Under the pieces are notes generated by a model. It was not told where the DNA came from and ran no database searches. It was given only the letters and a program-made list of their open reading frames with translations. A program made the position numbers and the translations under genes. A stretch of 64,000 nucleotides of DNA, from positions 2,660-66,659 of the forward strand of contig JBMDXU010000015.1 in NCBI GenBank assembly GCA_048594485.1, given 5' to 3'. This DNA is from Pseudactinotalea sp. GTDB lineage: Bacteria; Actinomycetota; Actinomycetes; Actinomycetales; Beutenbergiaceae. Shown here one piece after another: positions 36,271 to 44,549 of the stretch (positions within the stretch are counted from its first letter, which is position 1; the number at the start of each line of letters is the position of its first letter).

Positions 36271-37209
36271 GTGACCCTGCAGTGGAGCCCGCTTCGACCG
36301 ATCGACGTCCCCGCGCTCGCCGCGCTCGTCAACGCGGCGACGGAGGCCGACGAGGCGGGTCGGCCGATCCCGGAGTCCGCGTTCGCCGAGGATCTGAGTG
36401 CCCCGCGGTTCGACCCGACGACGGACACCGTCGCGGTGTGGGACGGCGACCGACTCGTCGCAGCAGGCTCGGTCTCGGCGATCTCCGAACCGGTCGACGG
36501 CCGCGCAATGATCCGGGTGGTCGGGCACGTGCACCCCGAGCACCGGCGTCGCGGCATCGGCCGTGCGCTGCTCACCCGTCTGGAGACGCGCGCCGTCGAG
36601 CTCGCGCAGGAGCGACTCCCCGGGCTCCCGGTGCGCTTGCGCGGCTCGGGCGGCGTCCCCGGGTCGAGCACGCAGCGTCTGCTCGAGGCCGCCGGGTACG
36701 TGCGGGACAACTCCTTCGTCACCATGGAGATCTCGCTGTCGGCCTGGCGCGACCCTGGCACCATGACCGACGTCCTGCCGCTCGACGACGCTCGGCAGCG
36801 CGCCGCACGCGATGCCCACAACGACGCGTTCCGTGACCATCGGAACGCCAGCGACGTCCCCGAGGACGTGTGGGAGCACTGGGTGTCGGGGTCGACGAAC
36901 CGCCAGGACCTGGGCCGAGTCGTGCTCGACGACGACGACCGCGTGCTCGCCTACGCGCTGGTGAGCGAGCATCAGTCCGGGGTCGCGCACATCGAGCTCG
37001 TCGGCACCCGGCGCGAGGCCCGCGGGCGCGGCCTCGGCCGTGCCGTGCTCGTCGGCGCGGTCCGTGCCGCACGCGACGCGGGCCTCGACGTCGCCGAGCT
37101 CGAGGTCGACTCGACCAGCCCGACGAGGGCGGATCGGCTCTACGCATCCGTCGGCTTCGTGGCCGTCCGCACGATCACGCGTTACCAGCGCGACATACCG
37201 CGCGACTAA
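36271..37209 (+). CDS. Tandem-GNAT N-acetyltransferase (MshD-like two-domain architecture)
   Basis: GTG 36271 is preceded by GGGAG. It has two acetyl-CoA loops (HPEHRRRGIGRALL and RREARGRGLGRAVL) in a protein of about 312 aa. An identity as mycothiol synthase is not established. Confidence 0.7.
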   Translation: MTLQWSPLRPIDVPALAALVNAATEADEAGRPIPESAFAEDLSAPRFDPTTDTVAVWDGDRLVAAGSVSAISEPVDGRAMIRVVGHVHPEHRRRGIGRALLTRLETRAVELAQERLPGLPVRLRGSGGVPGSSTQRLLEAAGYVRDNSFVTMEISLSAWRDPGTMTDVLPLDDARQRAARDAHNDAFRDHRNASDVPEDVWEHWVSGSTNRQDLGRVVLDDDDRVLAYALVSEHQSGVAHIELVGTRREARGRGLGRAVLVGAVRAARDAGLDVAELEVDSTSPTRADRLYASVGFVAVRTITRYQRDIPRD

Positions 37210-37214
37210 CGTCG

Positions 37215-37709
37215 ATGCCCATCGACGACGGAGGTCACGTGAGCAGCGGCACGCAGACGGACGACCAGCGCTTCATGGCGCTGGCCGTGGAGCAGGCACG
37301 CATCGGGTGGGAGGAGGGCGGCATCCCGATCGGTGCGGCCCTGGTCCGCGACGGCGAGGTGCTCGCCGTCGGGCGGAACCGCCGGGTCCAGATGGGCAGC
37401 GCCATCAGGCACGGCGAGACGGACTGTCTCGAGAACGCCGGCCGGCTGACCGCGTCGGTCTACCGCGGCAGCGTGCTCTACACGACGCTGTCGCCCTGCT
37501 ACATGTGCGCCGGCACCGCGCTCCTGTACGACATCCCCCGCATCGTCATCGGCGAGAACCGCACCTTCTCGACGTCGGAGGACTGGCTCCGCAGCCACGG
37601 CGTCGAGCTGACCGTGCTCGACGACCCCGACTGCCTCGGGCTCATGGAGCGCATGATCGCCGAGCGACCCGAGCTGTGGGCCGAGGACATCGGAGAGGAA
37701 CCCTCATGA
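37215..37709 (+). CDS. Cytosine deaminase of the yeast FCY1 / CDA-fold type
   Basis: Recalled alignment to S. cerevisiae Fcy1 across the whole length: GGIPIGAALV, HGETDCLENAGRL, LYTTLSPCYMCAG, IPRIVIGEN and ERPELWAEDIGEE at the C-terminus. It starts 5 nt after the GNAT stop. Confidence 0.88.
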   Translation: MPIDDGGHVSSGTQTDDQRFMALAVEQARIGWEEGGIPIGAALVRDGEVLAVGRNRRVQMGSAIRHGETDCLENAGRLTASVYRGSVLYTTLSPCYMCAGTALLYDIPRIVIGENRTFSTSEDWLRSHGVELTVLDDPDCLGLMERMIAERPELWAEDIGEEPS

Positions 37710-39016
37710 CCACGACCGACCGGTCGGCGACGACCACCGCGGACGTCGATCCCGACTACCCGATGACGCCGGTGCCGGCCCGCTCCCACAAGTCGCTGTG
37801 GTCGCTGCTCGTCGTGCTGCTGGGGTTCACGGTGTTCACCCCGACGATGCTCGCGGGCGCCTCGCTCGGGCCGGCCTTCGCGTTCGGCCCGCTGCTCGGG
37901 GTCATCGTCGCCGGATCGGCGATGCTCGGTGTCTACGTGGCCGTCATGGGGTACGTCGGCTCGAGGACCCGGCTCACCACGGTGATGATGGCGCGCTACG
38001 CGTTCGGTAGCCGCGGCTCCAAGCTGGCGTCGTTCCTGCTGGGCGGCACCCAGGTGGGCTGGTACGGCGTCGTCGTCGGGACGATCGGCGACCTCACCGC
38101 GCAGGCGCTCGGGTGGCAGGACCAGCCGGTCGCGCGCGGGCTGCTGATCGTCGTGCCGAGCGCCCTCATGTGCGCGACAGCGCTGCGCGGCTACAAGGGG
38201 ATGTACCTCGCCTCGGCGATCGCGACCCCGCTCGCCCTGGTGCTCGCGTTCTGGGTGGCGGCGCGCTCGGTGTCCGAGGTGGGCGGGCTGTCCGCCCTGT
38301 TCGCCCAGGAGCCGACGGCGCAGATCAGCATCGCGGTCGCGATCACCACGGTCGTCGGCACGTTCGTCTCGGCCGGCACCCAGGTGCCGAACTGGACGCG
38401 GTTCGCGAAGACGGGCAGGGACGCCGTCGTCGCGTGCGTCGCGGCGTTCTTCATCGGCAACGGCCTGATGATCGTGTTCGGTGCCATCGGCGCGGTGGCG
38501 TTCGGGATCGGCGACTACGTGGAGATCCTCTACGCGCTGGGGCTCGTCGTCGCGGGCGTGGTGCTGCTGTTCGGCAACCTGTGGACCACGAACACCGACA
38601 CCGCGTACGCGTTCGGCGTTGCCGGGGCCGAGATGTTCGACCGGCCCACCAAGACGCCGTTCATCATCGGCGGCACGATCATCGCCACCCTGCTGGCGCT
38701 GTTCGGGATCCAGAACCATCTCATCGACTACCTGGGCCTGCTCGGCACCTTCATCCCGCCGGTCGGCGGGGTGATCATCGCCGACTACCTCCGACGCCGT
38801 CGGCACGGCCTCCCGCCGCTGACGAGCCTGCCCCGGTTCGACGTCCGCAACCTGGTCGCCTACGCGGTGGCGGGTGCCGCCGCCTACGCGTCCTCCGTGC
38901 TCGAGATCGGGATCCCTCCGGTGATCGGCGTGATCGTCGCCATGGCGCTCGTGCTCGTGCTGCCGCGGCCGACGGAGCCGGCCGGTGCGACGAACGCGAG
39001 CAGCGGGACCGCATAG
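37706..39016 (+). CDS. codB: Cytosine/purine permease (NCS1 family, CodB-like)
   Basis: ATG 37706 overlaps the deaminase stop (ATGA). 436 aa, about 12 hydrophobic helices, with the RYAFGSRGSKLASFL...QVGWYGV pattern of CodB. Confidence 0.85.
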   Translation: MTTTDRSATTTADVDPDYPMTPVPARSHKSLWSLLVVLLGFTVFTPTMLAGASLGPAFAFGPLLGVIVAGSAMLGVYVAVMGYVGSRTRLTTVMMARYAFGSRGSKLASFLLGGTQVGWYGVVVGTIGDLTAQALGWQDQPVARGLLIVVPSALMCATALRGYKGMYLASAIATPLALVLAFWVAARSVSEVGGLSALFAQEPTAQISIAVAITTVVGTFVSAGTQVPNWTRFAKTGRDAVVACVAAFFIGNGLMIVFGAIGAVAFGIGDYVEILYALGLVVAGVVLLFGNLWTTNTDTAYAFGVAGAEMFDRPTKTPFIIGGTIIATLLALFGIQNHLIDYLGLLGTFIPPVGGVIIADYLRRRRHGLPPLTSLPRFDVRNLVAYAVAGAAAYASSVLEIGIPPVIGVIVAMALVLVLPRPTEPAGATNASSGTA

Positions 39017-39025
39017 GCTCCTCGC

Positions 39026-39505
39026 ATGCCGACGATCATCCTGCTGACCGAGGAGGCGCTGCGTCCGTCCGATGTCGAGAACATCCGGACGCTGCACGGC
39101 GAGGAACCGCTGACGATCACGGTGCTCGTGCCTGCCGACACCGAGCGCAACGTCGTTGCCGACTTCATCGACCGCCTCAGCCTGTTCGAGCTCCGCGCCG
39201 CCTGGGACGCCGTCACCGAGAAGGAGGACGACGCCGAGGCTCGCCAGGAGGCGAGCGCCGCCCTGGAGCAGACGATCGCGGCGCTCACCGCAGCGGGCGC
39301 GACAGCGTCGGGCACCGTCGTCGCCGACGACCCCCTGCCGGCGCTCACCCAGGCGGTCGCGAACGCGGAGGTCGACGAGGTCATCGTCGTGACCCGCCCC
39401 CACGCCGTCGAGGACACCTTCCACCAGGACTGGGCCTCCCGCGCCCGCGAGAGTCTCGGTGTCCCCGTGCTCCACTTCTACACGGGCACCAACCTGCTCG
39501 GTTAG
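39026..39505 (+). CDS. Hypothetical protein (alpha/beta, universal-stress-protein-like arrangement suspected)
   Basis: 159-aa ORF 9 nt after codB with actinobacterial codon bias. Strands (IILLTE, ITVLVPAD, EVIVVTRPH) alternate with helices. I recognise no catalytic motif. Confidence 0.55.
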   Translation: MPTIILLTEEALRPSDVENIRTLHGEEPLTITVLVPADTERNVVADFIDRLSLFELRAAWDAVTEKEDDAEARQEASAALEQTIAALTAAGATASGTVVADDPLPALTQAVANAEVDEVIVVTRPHAVEDTFHQDWASRARESLGVPVLHFYTGTNLLG

Positions 39506-39566
39506 CGCGACCAGCGTGCTGTGCGCTGCTGATCCACCAGAGGGATCACGAACGCACACGAAGCGC

Positions 39567-40483
39567 TCACGCGCATCGAGGACACGGCACGGTCGCACCC
39601 GGCCAGCCCCGCTCGCGCAAGAGGGTCGCGAGCAGCGAGGCGGTCCGGCACCCGTGGGTGAAGACCAGGCCGTACGTCAGGCGCGCCGTCCGGACATCCG
39701 CCGCCGCCAGCTCCGCGAGGTCGCGCAGAGCGTCGGCATGGCGAGCGGCGGCGCTGCCGTGAAAGGCGAGTCCGTCCAGCTCGATCGCGAGCGCGTACTT
39801 CAGGTGACGCACGTCCTGCAGGGTCACGCGACCGGTACTGACACTGCGGTGCTGTCGGCGCCCGCGCGGAAGTCCGTGCGGAACCTCGACACGCTGGCGG
39901 TATCCGCGCTCGAGAACGGAACAGACCCCGTCGCGGGCATCGGTGACCATGTCGTGGATGACCCGCCGGCCCTGCACTCGCTGACGTGAACTCAACGCAT
40001 CGAGCACTCTGAGTTCCGTGGTCGAGCGTGATGCCAACGTTCGAGACAGCACGGCGAACGCACCAGCCACGTCATCGCCCGCGACACGAGCCGACATGAC
40101 GTCGATGAGCGCGTGCTCTACCCGCACCCGCGGTGGTGAGCGTTGCCAGAGCACGCGGCCATCGATGTCGACGATCCTGCGATCCTGCGGACGGCGGTTC
40201 CCGATGGCAGCTGCACAGCGCGCCCGTGTGCGACGGCGACGTGCACCATCGCCGGCGGGTCGCCCGGCAGCACCGACTCGTCGGAGAGGGCCGCCGGCCA
40301 GGCCGCCAGGACAGCGGTCCATTCCCGTTGCCGCCGTGTCAGGGGTCCGTTGTGGTGGACGAAGATCCCTGGGTGCACGCGGGTGAGGTCACGCCGTCGC
40401 AGCATCCGCTTGAGATCGTGCGGATGCCAGCCCAGATCCATCAGCTGGCGCCGAGTGATCACGCCGTCCTGGCGTGCCAGCAT
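39567..40483 (-). pseudogene. AbiEi-N-terminal/DUF559-type gene, frameshifted by an 8-bp tandem duplication
   Basis: The N-terminal frame from ATG 40483 reads MLARQDGVITRRQLMDLGWHPHDLKRMLRRRDLTRVHPGIF... and ends at 40118. The C-terminal frame continues ...RRIVDIDGRVLWQRSPPRVRVEHALIDV...ALAIELDGLAFHGS... to TGA 39567. Removing one GATCCTGC copy gives a single 909-nt ORF. An alternative GTG start lies at 40513. Confidence 0.85.
40173..40188. repeat. Perfect tandem duplication GATCCTGC-GATCCTGC (GCAGGATC x2 on the coding strand)
   Basis: Read directly: ...tcgac GATCCTGC GATCCTGC ggacgg... The tract has 8-nt periodicity over 40172-40188. Confidence 0.95.
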
Positions 40484-40513
40484 CAGCGTCAGCTCGCGGC
40501 GTTGGTCCTCCAC

Positions 40514-40605
40514 GTGGACAGGATGCGCCGCACAGCCCGGCACCCGACGGGCAGCGCAGCCGCTGCTGTGGACAGGAGTGCATCGGCGCGAACCTGTGGA
40601 CAACA
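40514..40605. repeat. Three direct copies of (CT)GTGGACA(GGA) in the intergenic region downstream of amylosucrase and upstream of the DUF559 pseudogene
   Basis: GTGGACAGGA at 40514-40523 and 40568-40577, and CTGTGGACA at 40594-40602. A degenerate GTGGACC lies at 40633-40639. Confidence 0.7.
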
Positions 40606-40656
40606 CCCTCGTGTGCGCTCGTGGTCCGTGGGGTGGACCAGGAGCGCACACGAACG

Positions 40657-42561
40657 TCAGCGCGGGGTGACGCGCAGCCAGCGGAGTCCGTGCGGTGGGA
40701 GCGGGAGCGACGCGGTCAGATCGACGGTGCGGTCGTCGACGAGATCGTGCGCTCGTGCCTCGAACCCGCTGAACCGTTCGGGCGCGAGGATGACCGGCTC
40801 GTCGGCGACGTTGGCCAGCACGAGCACACGCGGCTCCTGCTCGCTCGTGCCCGGGCGCTGGAACGCGACGACCGAGCGGTGCGGGGTCCAGAACGGGATC
40901 AGCCGGCCGCCCGCCAGTTCCGGTGTCGAGCGCCGGACCTCGACGAGCCGGCGCAGCCGGGTGTAGACACGCCCGGCGACCGTTCGCGGGTCGTCCCGGT
41001 CGGCGTAGGCCTGGGCGGGCCGGAACGGCCGGTGGACCCAGCGGGAGTCGCCGGCCTCGTCGGGCCGCTCGAGGTAGGAGTGGTCGTTGAGCTGGCCCAC
41101 CTCGTCGCCGAGGTAGATCAACGGGACTCCGCCGGTCGAGAACGCCAGCCCGTAGGCGAGGACCACCCGATCGATCCCCGACGTCGCGTGCTGCTCCACA
41201 CCGGCGAGCGACGCCGTCGTCCCGGCGATCCGGGCATCGCCCGTCCGCGGGTTCTCCTGGAAAGGCAGACCGCTGGAGAACGATCCCGGGAACCGGCCCA
41301 CGTAGAAGTCGTTGAGGAATCGGCGGTGCGTATAGCCGTCGATGCCCAGGGAGGCGGCGTCGCCGTCGTCGAAGGTCCAACCGATGTCGTCGTGACTGCG
41401 CACGTAGTTCACCCACGCCGTGCCCTCCGGAAGCGCGTGGCGCTGCTCGAGCGCGAGGTTCAGCATCGATGCGTCCCGGGTGGCCAGCGCCTCCCACGTC
41501 AGCGCCATCTGCAGGGGGTTGTACGAGAGCTGGCACTCCCCCGGCGACACGTAGGCGACGACCTCGTCGGGGTGCACGATCGCCTCGGACTTGAAGAGCA
41601 CGCCCGGCGCCGCCATCCGCAGCACGGCGTTGAACGCCTGCAGCAGCAGGTGGGCCTCCGGCAACGACTCGCACGCAGTGCCGAGCCGCTTCCAGATGAA
41701 CGCCACCGCGTCCATCCGCAGCAGCTCCACACCCTGGTTCGCGAGGAACAGCATCTCCCCCGCCATCGCCCGGAACACCGCCGGGTTGGCGTAGTTGAGG
41801 TCCCACTGGAAGTGATAGAAGGTCGACCAGATCCAGCGCCCGTCCGGCAGCTGCACGAACGACCCGGCGTGGTCGTCGGGGAAGATCTCGCGTGTCGTCC
41901 GCTCGTAGGCGTCCGGCATCGTCCGGTCCGGGAAGATCAGGTAGAAGTCGGAGTAGTCGACGCCGTCGACCACCTCGCCCGCGACCGCCCGCCGCGCCCA
42001 CACGTGCTCGTCGCTGGTGTGGTTGAAGATGAAGTCGACGACCAGGGAGATCCCTGCGGCACGAAGCTCGCCGGCGAGCTCGCGCAGGTCCGTCATCGAG
42101 CCGAGCGCCGGGTCCACGTCCCGGTAGGACGACACGGCGTAACCGCCGTCGTTGTTGCCCTCGGGCGAGGCGAACAGCGGCATGAGATGCAGGTAGGTCA
42201 GCCCGAGCTCGCGGAAGTAGCCGATCTGGTCCCGCACCCCCGCCAGCGTGCCCGCGTAGCGGTCGACGTAGCAGACCCCGCCCAGCATCCGGTGGTCGAG
42301 GAACCATGCCGGGTCGGCCTCGCGTGTGGTGTCGAGCGCCCGGAGGTCCGACGGTCGCTCCAACCACGCTCGTGCCGCCAGTGCGACGACCGAGGCGAGC
42401 GACTCGAACGCATCCTCCCGGTCGCCGTAGACCTCGCCGAAGAGGCGGTGCAGGGTCGGGAAGTGCTCGGCGAACCGCGTCGCGAACGTCTCGTCGGGCG
42501 CCGGCACCATCGCGCGGATCCGGTCGGCGTCGAGCAGGACGGATCGGTTCAGTGAGCTCAC
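40657..42561 (-). CDS. Amylosucrase / sucrose-utilising GH13_4 alpha-amylase-family enzyme
   Basis: 634 aa. GH13 regions VDFIFNHTS, LRMDAVAFIWK, FKSEAIVHP and NYVRSHDDIGW are the characteristic amylosucrase versions. There is no signal peptide. Confidence 0.88.
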   Translation of the reverse strand: MSSLNRSVLLDADRIRAMVPAPDETFATRFAEHFPTLHRLFGEVYGDREDAFESLASVVALAARAWLERPSDLRALDTTREADPAWFLDHRMLGGVCYVDRYAGTLAGVRDQIGYFRELGLTYLHLMPLFASPEGNNDGGYAVSSYRDVDPALGSMTDLRELAGELRAAGISLVVDFIFNHTSDEHVWARRAVAGEVVDGVDYSDFYLIFPDRTMPDAYERTTREIFPDDHAGSFVQLPDGRWIWSTFYHFQWDLNYANPAVFRAMAGEMLFLANQGVELLRMDAVAFIWKRLGTACESLPEAHLLLQAFNAVLRMAAPGVLFKSEAIVHPDEVVAYVSPGECQLSYNPLQMALTWEALATRDASMLNLALEQRHALPEGTAWVNYVRSHDDIGWTFDDGDAASLGIDGYTHRRFLNDFYVGRFPGSFSSGLPFQENPRTGDARIAGTTASLAGVEQHATSGIDRVVLAYGLAFSTGGVPLIYLGDEVGQLNDHSYLERPDEAGDSRWVHRPFRPAQAYADRDDPRTVAGRVYTRLRRLVEVRRSTPELAGGRLIPFWTPHRSVVAFQRPGTSEQEPRVLVLANVADEPVILAPERFSGFEARAHDLVDDRTVDLTASLPLPPHGLRWLRVTPR

Positions 42562-42581
42562 GCGCTCAATCTAGAAGGGCC

Positions 42582-43826
42582 TCAGGCGTGCCACTGCCGG
42601 AACTTGCGCACCTGGTTGACCATCGCGGTGACGATGTACATCCACCGGCGCGGGCTGCGTTCCGCGCGGTAGTAGTAGGCGTTCGTGACCTCGCCACGGC
42701 GCCACAGCTCGCGCACGCGCGCCCAGGTCGGCGCGGAGACGTACCGCCGCAGCAGCGCGAGCGGCACCACCGTGAACAGGTGCTCCCGAGTACCCACCAC
42801 GGGCGCGCCCGACGGCGGCTCGCCGGCCACGTACGCGTCGCCGTACATGCGGGCGACGTTGTGACCGGCGGCGGTGACGGCGTAGCCGCTGCGGCCGACG
42901 CGGGGGTTGAGCTCGAGGAACCGGTACCGGCCGTCGCGGGGGTCGCGCTTGAGGTCCAGGTTCGCGAATCCGGTCCACCCGACGTGCTCCAGGAGGCGGC
43001 GGGCGCCCTCGACCGCCTCCGTGGACACGGCTGCGTCGGGGGCGGGCCCGGTGATCTGCGCGACGGAGTTGCCCAGCCCGTTCGGCGTCGCCTCCTCCAG
43101 CAGCACCTGGCCGAACAGCAGGAACCTCACCACGCCGTCGGGTCCGCAGAAGGCGTTGACGGCGGCCATGTCCTCGTCGGCCCCCGGGATGCGCTCCTGC
43201 ACGACGACCTCGCCGCCGAAGCCGGCCGTGGCCATCGTGTCGAGCAGACCCGTGAGCTCGCCGACGTCGGCGACGTAGGCCACCTTGCGCTTCCCCTCGA
43301 ACGAGACCTCGTGGAACTGCGCCGACGACGACGCCTTGACGACGGCGGGGAAGGTCAGGTCCTCCGCGGCGGCCTCGTGGGAGTCGTGCCCGACACGGAT
43401 GACGCGGGTGCGCGGGTGCGCCAGGTCGAGCTCGGCGCACAGTCGGCTGAAGCCGGCCTTGGTCGTGACCTGCTCCATCGTCGTGGCATCGGCGTAGGGC
43501 ACGATCACGTCGGGCCCGAGCCGGTCGCGCACACGGACCAGGGCGTGCACGGCGTGGTCAGCGCTGCCGAGCACCAGGTGCGGGACGCCCGGCTGCTCCG
43601 ACGCGACGGCGGCGACCGCCCGGGCGAGCGTGGCGTCGTCGTCGAGCCCGGGCACGACACGCAGATCGACGGCGACGCTGTGCGCCACCGGGCCCGTCGC
43701 GACACCGGCCAGCACCACCGTGCGCACCCCGTAGGCCTCGTGGAACGCCCGCGCCGAGCCGTAGGCGCCGATGTCGCCACCCACGACGACGGGGCGGAGC
43801 GCGGGCGGCGAGGGGTCGGTCGACAT
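42582..43826 (-). CDS. ATP-grasp enzyme of unknown substrate (COG3919-like predicted carboxylate-amine ligase)
   Basis: Track ORF 42582..44462, trimmed to ATG 43826 (MSTDPSPPALRPVVVGGDIGAYGSARAF...). It has a pre-ATP-grasp Rossmann-like N-domain, FPAVVKASSS...VVVQERIPG and FANLDLKRDPRDGRYRFLELNPR (ATP-grasp Mg/ATP site). Its stop lies 20 nt upstream of the amylosucrase start. Confidence 0.75.
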   Translation of the reverse strand: MSTDPSPPALRPVVVGGDIGAYGSARAFHEAYGVRTVVLAGVATGPVAHSVAVDLRVVPGLDDDATLARAVAAVASEQPGVPHLVLGSADHAVHALVRVRDRLGPDVIVPYADATTMEQVTTKAGFSRLCAELDLAHPRTRVIRVGHDSHEAAAEDLTFPAVVKASSSAQFHEVSFEGKRKVAYVADVGELTGLLDTMATAGFGGEVVVQERIPGADEDMAAVNAFCGPDGVVRFLLFGQVLLEEATPNGLGNSVAQITGPAPDAAVSTEAVEGARRLLEHVGWTGFANLDLKRDPRDGRYRFLELNPRVGRSGYAVTAAGHNVARMYGDAYVAGEPPSGAPVVGTREHLFTVVPLALLRRYVSAPTWARVRELWRRGEVTNAYYYRAERSPRRWMYIVTAMVNQVRKFRQWHA

Positions 43827-43934
43827 GGACAGCGAGCCTAGTGAGGCACCGGGCGAGGTCGAGCTCCACCGTTCATCGCGGCGACCTCCACGCGGCGTGG
43901 CTTCGGTGCGCCTGGGGGTGTCACCGCCTAGCCT

Positions 43935-44549
43935 GTGCGGGTGGACTCTGCGCAGCAGCCGCCGCGGACCCCAGAGCAGGGGCGCGATGCCGTCGCGCCG
44001 CCCGACTTCGAGGCAGCGCTGCTGAGCCTGCGCGGCCACCGGATGCGCCCGGAGCTGCACCTGGAGGAGGTGCCGGCCCCGACGCGGATCGCGCCGTACG
44101 CGCTCGCGCTGACCGGCGAGGTCAACCGGACCCGGGATCCCGACGACCTCATGGGCTCGGGCCGGTTCGTCGTGCTCCACGACCCGGAGGGTCAGGAGGC
44201 GTGGAACGGGGAGTTCCGCGTGATCGTCATGGCACGAGCCCGGATGGAGCCGGAGGTCGGTCAGGATCCGATGCTGGGCGAGGTCGGGTGGGCGTGGCTC
44301 ACCGACGCGCTGGCCGAGACCGACGCGGATCACCACTCGCTCTCGGGCACGGTCACCCGCGTGCTCTCGGAGACCTTCGGCGGTCTGGAGCTGCGGGGCG
44401 GCGAGGTCGAGATCGAGATCCGTGCCTCGTGGTCCCCCGGCACCACCGATCTGGCACCTCACCTGCGTGCCTGGGCCCTGCTGCTGTCGCAGGTGAGCGG
44501 GCTGCCCCCGATGCCCGACAACGTGAGCATGCTGAGCCGCCGCCGATGA
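43935..44549 (+). CDS. DUF3000 domain protein
   Basis: 204 aa with a GTG start. PELHLEEVPAPTRIAPYALALTGEV...GRFVVLHDP...WNGEFRVI matches the conserved actinobacterial protein found upstream of rnd (Rv2680-like). Confidence 0.85.
   Translation: MRVDSAQQPPRTPEQGRDAVAPPDFEAALLSLRGHRMRPELHLEEVPAPTRIAPYALALTGEVNRTRDPDDLMGSGRFVVLHDPEGQEAWNGEFRVIVMARARMEPEVGQDPMLGEVGWAWLTDALAETDADHHSLSGTVTRVLSETFGGLELRGGEVEIEIRASWSPGTTDLAPHLRAWALLLSQVSGLPPMPDNVSMLSRRR

Noticed and set aside
37215-37709. Deaminase as an anti-phage dCTP/cytidine-deaminase defence gene
   Set aside because: It has full-length similarity to FCY1-type cytosine deaminase and is translationally coupled to a CodB permease. Both point to pyrimidine salvage.
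39567-40513. AbiEi-like gene as an active type IV toxin-antitoxin / abortive-infection module
   Set aside because: No AbiEii nucleotidyltransferase partner is present, and the gene is frameshifted. It is a DUF559-type solo gene remnant.
40118-42367. 749-aa minus-strand ORF overlapping amylosucrase
   Set aside because: It runs off-frame over the amylosucrase gene with Arg/Pro/Gly-rich junk. Only its last 121 codons (40118-40483) are real, being the N-terminal fragment of the AbiEi/DUF559 pseudogene.
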